Below, in pieces: positions 53,355 to 64,000 of a stretch of DNA of 64,000 nucleotides. A program made the translations under genes and the position numbers. Within the stretch, counting starts at the first letter, position 1; every line of letters begins with the position of its first letter. The stretch comes from Pelomyxa schiedti (Eukaryota > Protista > Evosea): the NCBI GenBank assembly GCA_020536535.1, contig JAHLWZ010000386.1, positions 62,001 to 126,000 on the forward strand, in the 5' to 3' direction. The notes beneath the pieces were generated by a model. It had not been told where the DNA came from and did not search any database. It was given only the letters and a program-made list of their open reading frames with translations.

Positions 53355-56213
53355 ATGGCTACCGAGTCTGTCAAAATGTACGTATGTTGTCTGTGTTGGT
53401 TGTGTTAGATCTCGTAACGCCACTGTAGTATCGTATTTGGATCTGTTCTCGGTCAATACGCCCGGTTCGTCGACCGGCTTCGCACTCTACACGAGAAGAA
53501 TGGGCCGTTCGATGCCGCTTTCTGTGTCGGCAGTTTCTTCCCTGACGGAGACAGCGATTCGTTCACTACCTTTGTCAATGATACTGCGTCCCCAAAAGGT
53601 CTTTGAATTTCTTCCTACTCTTTTCTTCATTCTATTGGGGCTATGATGATAAATATGACACATTTCTACGAGAAAAAGTAAACGAGAGGGATTTGGGTTG
53701 CAATGATCCTACTTGATCTTATCTGAGGCAAATTCTTCATCTATCTACCTCTCTTTCTTTTCTATCCTCTTTATCTCTGCCAGTGATTAGAAATGAACTT
53801 TGAGCAAACAGAAAACCCAAATCCTTCTCGTTCTTATGAAGATTTGAAAGCGAATCTGAGCCCCATAACTCTTTTTTTCTTTCTTATCCTTGTCTTTTTT
53901 CACTACTTATTCTTTGTTTCCTTCAGTCCCTGTACCAACATACATTGTGGGCGGCGGCAATAAACTGTTGGACACCATGCCCGAAGGCGGTAAACTGTGC
54001 TACAATGTATATTATTTAGGTTCCCCCCTCTAAGGAGACAAATGTTTAACATGGTACAGGAAAGCAAGGTATCAAAGATATACAAAGTCTCAGAATAGCT
54101 TTCCTCTCTGGGGTTCAAATGCCAGTACTTCATCTTAATCATTCTTCCATCTGCTTAAAATTCTACACAGATCCTACCAAGTATGGCATTAACGGATGAA
54201 ATGGTAGAATCTGTTATCAGAATGGCTGATGGTTCTTCGGGAGTTGATGTCCTGCTCACTAACCAATGGCCTGAAGGCATATTAAATCACATCCAGTGCG
54301 TTCTTCCTATTCCATTTTTTGCTTAAAAATATAAGAGTACGGCCCCAAGGGACACTCTCCCCTGGATCAGATAAAGTTGCACGTGCAGTACAATTTCTGC
54401 GCCCAAGGTACGGTTTTGCCAAAGATTTTCCCTAACCTGTGAAAGATATCATTTTGCTTCAGGGGAATCAATTTTTTATCTCCGTCCACCTTATCAAAAT
54501 ACATGTAATACACATTCTTTCAGTCATGACTGACCACCTCTAGATACTCCTAGTGGCAGTTCGAAATTTTTTACCACGCGGTTCATTGGACTGGCGAACT
54601 CTTTTAATGAAGACACCCAAAAAGTAAAGATTTTTTTTATGCAGTTTATCTTACTCTTTTCCAGTATGTGTATGCTGTAAATCTTGTTCCCATTCACAAA
54701 ATGCCTTCCGAGGCAACACAGTCCGGAATTACACCTTGCCCGTGGTTTGTGGTAATTTATTCGTCAGTTGAATTCATATTCTCATTTTATTTTCTTAGCA
54801 AGAGGATCAAGGTACTGGGAATACCACTTTTGGTGGCTTTGTTCCTGGAAAGACACAACCTTTCCAACCATATGCCCCCTCAGAAGTACCTCCCAATCAA
54901 CGGGCGCATCTTCTACCAACTCCACCTCCCACTCAGAACCAGCACCAAGCACATTCATGCCCACCCACAGTTGAAGGATATCCCCAAAAAAGACCAAGAA
55001 ATGAGGCTCAGGATTTCCATCACCCTCCCAGGGCACCACGTGTTTCCGGTGTGTTCATTGGGATACTACTTTCAATTAACATGGTTTAAGGTAATCGACC
55101 AACTGGGTGTTGGTTCTGCCTGTCTACGCCGCAAGTGGAGACACACTTAATAGTCAGTGTGGGTACACAAACGTATCTCACCCTGGCGAAAGGTGGTGTG
55201 GTACCAGACCACACTTTAATAATACCCATCGCACATATCTCAAATTTTGCTAGTGCCCCTCCAGCAGTAGTTGCAGAAATGAATCAGTATGAATTTTTGT
55301 TACCATGAAAAGACTAAGAAAATTTCCGTGCTAGGTATGTTCAGGCACTTCGCGTTCTGTTTTCCAAGCAGAACAAATTAGTTGTTTTTGTCGAACGCTA
55401 CATGTCTACTCAGAGTCCAGCAACTCTGCATGCCCATGTGCAAGCAATACCATTCCCCATCCCTCAACGACACTCTGCAACCGAGTTTACTGATACTCTA
55501 AGGCACAAATTCCTGGAGATGTCCCGAAATCGGGGAGTTACAGTAACTCCTCTAGAAAATGAACATGACCAAGTACACCTTTTTCTTCCCCATATCTTTT
55601 CCTAATAGGTTGCTATGCACTTCAGAATCCTAGTCAATCATATTTAACTGTCAATCTGCCATCCACTACTCCAGCCGGTCAACTGTTTTACGGTGAAATT
55701 ACTGGAGATTTCCCTCTTCAATGGGCAAGGTTATTAGAGTTCTGTAGGTTTTTCCCATTAACAACATTTAGGGAAGTGGCTGTAGATATTTTGCGCACCC
55801 CAGAAAGATATGATTGGAAGGCCTGTGTAGTCGGGTTAGAAGAAGAGAGGTTTTTGGCGGACTCGTTTAAAAACACCTTCGCGACTGTTGACTTTTCAGT
55901 GCAGCAGCCGGCGCCAGCACCAGCACCCCCTCCCCCCACAACAAAGGCCGCTACCGCGAAAGCACCTCCCCCCACAACCACCCAACCTGCCACATCAACC
56001 ACTAATACCACAACCACAACCACAACCCCAAGCAAGCCCACGGCCCCAATCACCAAAAGCCCTGCCATAAATCCAACCAGTACCCCCAAAAGTACTCCCC
56101 CAGTCACTTCTATCAATACTCCCAAGAGTTCCCCTGTACACACTCCTGTATGCACCCCTCCTGCGAGTCCTCCCAAAAATGTACCTGTGGATGATCCAGA
56201 CAGCTTTTTTTGA
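53355..56213 (+). CDS. CWF19L1: CWF19-like protein 1 (Drn1; lariat debranching-associated)
   Basis: KIIVFGSVLGQY...NGPFDAAFCVGSFF...K|VPVPTYIVGG, VDVLLTNQWP, LRPRYHFA, TRFIGLA; CwfJ CWFCLSTPQVETHLIVSVGTQTYLTLAKGG..HTLIIPIAH, LHAHVQAIP, RYDWKAC. Confidence 0.9.
53636..53865 (+). ncRNA. Intronic composite box C/D guide RNA (scaRNA-like), predicted guide for U2 snRNA Gm25
   Basis: Terminal stem TGGGGC/GCCCCA; box C ATGATGA 53643; box D CTGA 53856; 19-bp internal stem 53681-53699/53814-53832; inner CTGA 53723 preceded by ACTTGATCTTA, complementary to U2 nt 22-32. Lies in the 328-nt intron 53599-53926. Confidence 0.8.
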
Positions 56214-56268
56214 AACAATAAATAGAGTTTTATGATCCCTCATTGAACAGTTTTTGGTTTTGGCTATT

Positions 56269-58057
56269 TTACTGGAACAGCACGGATTGCAAAGAGGTCG
56301 CCTCCTGTAGTTTTGTAAGTGTGAGGATGGCTATTGATAGGAAAGTGCAGTACCTTTGCCCATAACGTTGGCGTGGACGTGTTTCCCACCAGCAGTGACA
56401 TAAACAATCCCAGCTGGAATAAGGATTATGAGAGATGTTGGTTGTGGTGGGAAGGCATATACTTTTTTCATCTTCAGATATGTCTAGTGTGAACATTGAG
56501 CCGGGAGTTGTTTGCGTGAAGAAGGGGGATGCCGTGTCCCTGTCAAACAATTGAATTTGTGGAACGCTACCTAAAGGAAAAGGGGTTACTCATCGCTGTT
56601 AAAAGGTACCTGTACCAGTGGTGTCACCCCAAGAGGCAACGGCGAATACAGTCCCGTCCCGGGTAATTCCAACGCACCAAGGTGCATCCTGACCTGAGCC
56701 GGTATCTTGAAACAGTGTCAAAAATTCGGATATGGTCGCACTGTAGTTATACCAACTGCTGTCTTGTAACTCCACATCGGCGTGTTGGTTCCGGTTTTTA
56801 GGTCCCAGATTGACCAGCTGTTTTGCTTATAAGTTCCAGTGAAGTACGTGACAACCTGCGAATATGTAAGTTATGACGACCATGTAACTATGTTCAAACC
56901 AAGGTTGAGGAATCAGCAGATATGGCGCAGGCACCAACGTACCACCCTGGATTGACTGAGGTCCACAGAAGCTCGTAGGTTTGAGTATTGGTATTCCACT
57001 TGAGCAGCTCGAAAGTAGAGAATCCATAGCTAAGGACATCAACAGTTAATTTAGCCGGCATATAACCCAATTACCCACCCAATGTATGAACCATCGCCGC
57101 TCATGCAAAGGGCGTCTGTGCTGAACCCGAAGTCTTCGTCCATTAACAGGGTTCCTGAGTCAGTGTTGATAACAACCAACCGCGAGCCTGCAACGTAAGC
57201 CAATTTATCTCCACTTGTTGTCAATAATACTTCACGAACTGAAGTCAAATTTTCAGAGTCATAGAACTGAGGGTTACTGAGATCCCCTTCGAAAAAATCA
57301 GAAGGCCAAAGAACGTATGGCAACATACCATCCACAAACCAATAGGCACGTGCGTTGTAGGAGTAAGCATCAGGGTATACAGTGACAGCAGCACCAATTA
57401 GAGTCTTATCTGCTATCTGAATAGCGTGCTTAGCCTGACCACCTAATAGTCGGTTATGTTAAGGAAATGGGACAAGGAAAGCACGTACCATCAGCAGGTG
57501 AAGCACGGCCAGGGACCGTGAAGGTTTGATCTGGTTCAGTGGAGGACACACTATTCCACTTGTAAATTCTGTCACAAAGTAAGCTAATAGAAAACAAAAG
57601 TGGGTAATACTGTGTGGTCATTGTGGCAGAGATATAACCGATGGCAGCAAATTCTTCTATAGTTGGGTTTCCGCAAACTTCAACATCTTGGTGCTCCCAG
57701 ACTAGGGAAGGAGTACCATCCCCAGAAAGAGATGCAGCTTCCAAGTCTGAAACAATTTAGACAGCACGAAAACGTCATATAGTATGATTTGTATCTTTGA
57801 AAAAAAAAAAAAAAAAACGAACCGCACTGATTGACGTCATTGTAACCAGCACCAGCGACGGAGTAAGTCAAGTCCGAAATGGCACATGATTCATAAATCG
57901 CACTACACGAAAAAAGGGCTTGGACTGAGAATAACAAAACAAACGGGGCAAAACTTTGTGCGAACCTGTCATGATTATGGGTCCATAGCAGCTCCCCAGC
58001 ATATTGCAGGGCGCTCACGGCACCAACCAATGCAACCGCAAACAAACACCACTTCAT
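56269..58057 (-). CDS. Secreted beta-propeller-like protein
   Basis: Signal peptide MKWCLFAVALVGAVSA; blade-like repeats ALCMSGDGSYIGW, VGITRDGTVFAVASWG, TPGSMFTLDISED. Confidence 0.7.
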
Positions 58058-58350
58058 TTTTGTTTAGGATTTCGTCCGTTGAGCAGTTGAATCTGCGAGG
58101 GATCTGGATCTTTACGATACCCAATTTTGGGTTCAGAGAGGCAGGGGACGCGGGAAGGGAATTCCCAGAGTGAAATCTTACTTGGAGGACTCGGTGTGAG
58201 TAAAGACCATTTCCCTTGCACTCCCCGAAGAGACTCGTAGTTCCTTTTAAAGAAGAATTGCATAAAAAAAGTCTCAAATCGAAACGAAAAAAAAACAAAA
58301 AAACAAACACTAAAACACAACGCAAAGGGATAAATTACGCATATACGCAA

Positions 58351-60078
58351 ATGACGACAAGAGCAACTTTGAACACTTCATACTCGGCCATATTTTGTAC
58401 TGATTCTCCGCGATGGCAAGTGCGCCCTTGTAGTACCCCAAGATCCCTGGTACCGACAGTCCTTTTACGTACACTCCTTGTTTGCTAAAAAAGCGTTGTA
58501 GGCTCCTGCACATATGTTTGGCACCGATTCTGCTCTCTTGCGATCAGGACCTTTCTTTACGACACCCGTTTTAACTCCGGTACTTTAGTGAGAAGTTTTT
58601 TTTTTCACTCTTCTAAAGTATTGTAGGCTCCAGTACCCATTTTCCGCACCGATTCTCCTCGTTGGCAAGTTCGTCCTTTTCCTGCGAGACCTTTTTCTGA
58701 CGGTTCTGTGACGACTGCGCCTACCTCTGTGTTTACTTCTGATGTCTTTGCCAAATCCCGTGAGCTCTTCTAGCTTCTTCACTCTGCGGCTTTTGTTTCG
58801 TTTTTGCACTTGCACTGATAGCCTGCTTCACTGTTCCCGGTCACGACCAGCAGTCAGCACACCACTGGCTCCGCGCTGATCACTGACTTCGTAGGTTTTT
58901 GCATTAACCTTACCATCACTAGCAAGAGAGTTTCATACCCTGCAACTGGAAGCTAAGACAAATCAAGTCTTGGACGCTAGTGGGTTGGAATCGCATGCGT
59001 CTGGATCTCATTTTGGTGGGACACAACCTATTGATGGTATACTGAACTCTTCCTCTCCATGCCCGTGCTCACGTTACTCCCAGATTGGAGGCGATCCGTG
59101 GAGATTCTCTCTGGAGCTACTGCGTTTTTCGCTGACAAACCTCGGGTCAATGCGATCAGAGTTGCTGGAAAAATAAACGTTGTTGGGGACCTTCATGGCT
59201 GCATGGACTCTTTGAATGGGTACCTGAAAAGTCCTCCATATTGTTCACATGATTGACTGAAATTATAGAGCTCTGATATCAGGCGGCCTTCCAACCCCGA
59301 ACAATATCTGGTATTTAATGGTATGCCCCCTTTTTTAGGTGAGTTTTATTTAGCTTCGTTGGCAGGAGACTTTGTTGATCGTGGGCCTCACAGCCTGGAA
59401 ATATTGGAAACTGTGTGCCTCCTTATGCTGCAGAATCCTGGCTGTGTTTTCCTAAACAGGGGCAATCATGAGTGCGAGACTATTAGCACCAACTACGGGC
59501 ACCGGCAAAGCCTGGATAAATTTGGCCCATACAAGGATAATGTCTGGCAAGCGTGCCTGAAGTTATACTCGTCCTTACCTGTGGCTTCCTTGGTGCGGTT
59601 CCCCAGTGGCATGCAGATCTTCGTAGTTCACGGAGGAATCTGTGAGAATCTCTCTATCAGTGATATTTGTAAAGCACCCCGGGGAGAAAGATCAGGTATA
59701 CCTTCAATTAAATCGAATGACTCCTCTTACCATTTCTTTCCAAAAGAGGGCTACCCTGTCGAGCCTTTGCTGTGGAACTCCCCTATCGACAACGAAAAGG
59801 GATTGACGAGTCCCAGAGCGATCAGTCCAAAAGGAGCACGGGCGGTATGGCGCCCAGAAGCAACATACAGGTTCCTGGCTGAAAATCAGGTCTCCTATAT
59901 CGTCAGGAGCCACGACGTTGTGGACAACGGTTTCTCTGCATGCCATGATGACAGAGTACTGACAATATTCTCGGCTTCTGTTCAGTGCCCAAACCCAGCC
60001 TTTCTTCAGATAACTGATCAGCAGAACTACTTGTACAGCTTCAAAAGGAGTTGGAAGGTTATGCCAATACACTTATAG
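58351..60078 (+). CDS. PPP-family Ser/Thr protein phosphatase (PP5/PPEF-like catalytic domain) with a repetitive N-terminus
   Basis: VVGDLHG, N|GDFVDRG, LNRGNHE, VVHGG, IVRSHD, VLTIFSAS. The N-terminal exon structure is uncertain. Confidence 0.85.
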
Positions 60079-60300
60079 CCTTCTCACCCACATCACCTCA
60101 CAACAAACTCCTTGTGCATCATTAAAAAAAAAGTGTGCAACTTTTTTCTCCACACCTGCTCTTTTCTGTCAAAGCTCTTTCGCCAGCTCTACAGGTAGGC
60201 GATTTCATTGTTCCACTGCAGTCAGGTTTTTCTTGTGAACTCGGGGACTTCTAATATGTGCCGTGGAAAACGCGAGCAAAAAGTTTTTTTCCTACGTGCA

Positions 60301-63300
60301 TCATACATCATTTGTAGAGTCCCTAAGTGGTGATTCTGTATGTACTGCCAGTGACGGTGACAGTGACAGTGGCTGGGGGGGTGTTGACGTGCACGTATAA
60401 CGCAGGTTCTTGATGTACTGGGCCAGTTGGTCATACTGGGCCAGTTGGTCATACTCGAGTGCGAGAGCGAGGTCAATGGCATGGGGGTACCACGTGTGGC
60501 AGCCCAGGCTGGACGCCGCACATAGGCAAGTGGCGCACACACAGCCACAATCAACGGGGCAAGTGCAGTGTGGTTCAGGGAGATCATTTGGCGTCGTGCT
60601 GGTTGTTGTTGTTGTTGTTGTGGTGGTGGGTGTTGTGGAAGCAGGGGGGGAAGAAGGGGGAGAGGATGAGGAGGAAGAGCGTTTTGTGCTGCAGGGGCAG
60701 AGTTGGAATGGGGCAAGCGGTGGGAGGGAGGCGTGGAAGGAGCGGCCGCCGCGGGTGGCAGACAGGACCTTATCCCAGATCGCAAGAACCTGCTCGAAGT
60801 TCGTACTTGGTGTAACTTTGAGCACTTGGAAGAGCTTTGGCTTGCTGAACTGCTCACACAGGTCCAGGAGGGTGATCAGTGATCTCACCAATGAGACGAG
60901 GTCGTCCTGAGGCTCATAGTTTACACACAGACTTTCCCGTGCATTAAGCTGGCGCAGGACGCTGTCGGAGGCTCAGTGAACAGTGCCACAGAATCCCTCT
61001 TCAGAATTGCAAGGTGTTGACTTGGCAAAGCCCCAGTCAATGAGGATTAATCTGTTCTTACCCGTGCTTGAGTCCAAGATAATGTTCTCGGGCCGGACAT
61101 CCCTGTGAACGTACATCCCTTTCGTGTGAACAGCCTCCAGTGTCTTAACAACTTCGCTGAACAACAACGGTATGTTCTAGGTTAGTTAGAGAAAGAAGAA
61201 CAAAAGCAAGATAAAAAAATAAAATATAGTTGTTGTATGTTATTGCTTAGAATTTGTATTTTTTTGATTACTCTTCTTATTGGTTCAGCTGTCAATACGG
61301 GAATGGAAATTTACACACATTGATAATGAGACACAACACTTTTGTATCTAAAATACTTCTGCCGATAGGTTCTATGAGCATGGCATTGTCACCGTTTGTG
61401 AGTCCAAGTGTTTTTGGTACGCCCTGAATTCCTAGGCCCACAAAATGCCGCAAGATTCCGTTCTCATCTTGCAAGTAAGATTCTTCACCCTTTTTAGCAA
61501 TTTTCAGGATGTACTTGGCTTCTGTGTGAGGTCGAGAAATGCTGCAAAGCATCACAAGGGATGTAGCACCCTCACCAGCTCTTCCATGTATCACAATTGG
61601 GTCGTCAGCCATCTTGATGGTTGTTAGTGAACTCTTATTTTATCATCATGATTTATACTCAAAAATAGGAAGAAAGAAAACCTGGTAAGAGTGAGAGAGA
61701 GATACTCCAGTAAGATCTTCCTCTGACAGGTTGAGTACCTTCAGCAATTCAGGTGCGACAGGTGCACACATTACTCCTGTACAGAACTCTTTTTGAGTGC
61801 CACTGCCTCTTGTGGCCCGCAGGAACCAGATGAATCTTAAATTGGTGACACCCACCCATATTTGTGTTCTCATGGGAACTGCATCCAAGAATTTTGTGGC
61901 ATGGTCAACAGCTCTTCCTTTGTACTCGGTAGAGGGAAAGCTGCCACCCTCATCAGAAGTCAATTCAAGTATAAACCTTTTTTTTGTTGTGTTATTTATT
62001 CAGTCTACTATTCAAACTTCACACGTTGTGTAAAAGCTACATAGCGGCTTCCCTCGAAGACAAAAGACGTAATCAGGCTTGCGATCTTGGAGTATAACTT
62101 TAGTTGTGTGGACATCATGTAACTGGTTGGGAACTGAGAGTCGTTTCTTTGATATCTCTTCCTCCCACTTTTTTATGCTCTTATTCAAGAGTGCATATAA
62201 CTCCGCTTCAGATGCTCCTTTAACTTTCTCCCACTTCTTACTGGGATTCCAATGAACATGAAGTTCAGTAATCCCAGGGAAAAAAGGTATGACAGTTGCG
62301 TTTACAATTACACTTGCACATTCAGAAAAGCTCCTCACGAATAAGAGTTAGATTAGCTTTTCCACACATATAGGTCATACTCGTCGATGTGCTTGCGCCA
62401 TGAGGTGCTGTTGCCAGTAAATATTGTTTGGTTAGGCACTCCTTTTTGTTCTCGATATATTTTGTCTTCTCCCGCAGTTTTCTCAGATTAATCTCTTCTC
62501 GCTTTGTGTGCTCCTCTTCTTTCTTTATGATCAACTTCGTCATGTGTTTAAACTTGGGCGTACTCAACAGCAATTCAGATGCAGAAAGACCAGAAAGTGT
62601 GCACGAAGAGGAAGGAGCAGACTGGTTTTGCTGGAATATTGGGGAAGGTGGTGGCGGGGAGCGGCTTTCTGAATCCAGTTTGGGGCGCTTGGCCTTATCT
62701 CCAGGGTAATGACGCTCCGACGTGGTGGAGTCACCTTCGGCACCACAGAGCCCCCTCTTGCGCGGCACACTCCATCACCGCTTACATGATCGTCATCACC
62801 ACTACTTTTCCTGTTGTCTTCGTCATCAATCGTGTTGGCATTGTGGTGTGCTTTTCCCTTGCTCTTGCTTTTGCTTCTGCCACCACCACCACCACCGGCA
62901 GCCTCGATCTTCCTCCCCCCGCGATTTCCCTTGCTGGTACACTTAGCACATGTCTCTTCTTCCGAGGCGTCAGTCTCAGGAACCTTGTTGTGGCGTCGCG
63001 GCTTTCCAGTTTTGGGTTTGACCTTAACCTCGTCGTCGCCCCTGCCGTCATCGTCATCGTCGCCAGTGCCGGTGTCGGTGTCGTGCTTGTTGGAGGTGGG
63101 GATCTTCTTTGTGGTGGCCACTTTCTTCCCGCGGTGCTGCGTGCCTGTTTTCCTACGGGCTGATCGATATGCTCTGTGCCTCGATGTGTGTTTTTCCTTG
63201 TTCCAGTCGCTATCTTTGCTGTCGTCGCTGCCGTTGCTCTCGCTCTCCTCGGACGCGCCAGATCGCCCCATGTAGACCCTCTTGTTTGGGAAGGAGAAAC

Positions 63301-64000
63301 GTCAGGGAAGACTAATCAGTGACTTAGTTACTGTGGCAGGTGATGGGAGTTGCCCCCCAAAGTGCAAGATCCAATGGATGTTACTACGCCTGAGAGCGGA
63401 GTCGACAACTGCGACAGCGGTGGCACAGCAAAACAGAATAGGAGGAATGACTGGGAATCTGGCACCCTTGGAGGACATTGGCCAACTTGGTGACAATTCC
63501 ACTCTTAGCTCACCAACGTTCCGCCGGTTGTCCATTTCTTCGTGCACTGCTATCTTAGAAATATGGAACGCATCCACTGACCCATCTGATGGGAATGATA
63601 ATGTACCTTTGCATTTCCATACTAGCGGATTGAATATTTGGCATTGGGGGCAACCAATCCCTACCACTCCATCACCCGAACTGCAGGGACTTACAAGCGA
63701 CTGCGCTCCACACGTGTCTTTTTTTTTGGCACAAAGATCCATAGCGGTTCGATGATTCCGATAAAAGTTGACTTTTTTTTTAACTCCCGGGCGATGAGTG
63801 ACAACCGACAACCGTCTCCAGACACAAATGACACGTCAAAGGGCCCATTGACGGGATTGACATCGCCGTTGGCGACGCGCAGTGCAACTGCAGCGGTCGC
63901 ATGGCGCGACGCGGCGTGGGTCGGGGGCGACGGCGTGACCAACACCACGATAACCGTCGCCGCGGCGGCGCCGACGCTACACGTCGAGCGAGCCGACGCG
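60301..64000 (-). pseudogene. Crinkler-type restriction-endonuclease-like + atypical protein kinase locus, disrupted; 5' end may lie beyond the window
   Basis: DRKPDYVF...IELT...GRAVDHATKFL..RTQIWVGVTN (PD-(D/E)xK-like). Kinase GEGATSLV, ILKIAK, YVHRDVRPENII, LIDWGFA, FCGTVH*ASD, PQDDLVSLV. In-frame TGA at 60973-60975 and a frame break near 62770. Confidence 0.65.

Noticed and set aside
60973-60975. TGA as selenocysteine or a reassigned codon
   Set aside because: The position is normally aromatic, no SECIS was seen, and TGA terminates many conserved genes here (SmG, PKA, PARP).
62579-63275. Long + strand ORFs opposite the kinase locus, and similar antisense ORFs elsewhere
   Set aside because: These are shadows of low-complexity, GC-rich coding sequence on the other strand.

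Overview
This is a gene-dense eukaryotic window with about 30 genes broken by many short (mostly 33-60 nt) spliceosomal introns. The intron style, an organelle-targeted [FeFe]-hydrogenase, a type III glutamine synthetase and degenerate ankyrin-like families suggest an anaerobic amoebozoan (Archamoebae, Pelomyxa-like). That assignment is inference. Housekeeping genes include EFCAB11, an MDR oxidoreductase, exosome MTR3, SmG, a PARP6/8-like enzyme, an E2, a CH-domain protein, an actin-like protein, GSIII, a SCAF4/Seb1-like protein, SMEK, PKA-C, LMBRD2, PMS2, a METTL21-like methyltransferase, a TALE homeobox, CWF19L1 and a PPP phosphatase. Accessory or decayed material lies at both ends, at 16.6-20.2 kb and at 37.7-40.6 kb. 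The best hidden signal is a ~230-nt nested (composite) box C/D RNA in the unusually long intron of the splicing gene CWF19L1; one guide predicts U2 snRNA Gm25 methylation. Also notable: a clean 100-bp inversion between 6-bp inverted repeats inside an ankyrin gene, which restores perfect ankyrin repeats when flipped back; a 944-bp segment bounded by perfect 26-bp inverted repeats around a nested ~100-bp inverted repeat; and an intron-containing, bacterial-like DUF2254 membrane protein. Exon boundaries were inferred by eye, so gene ends are approximate.
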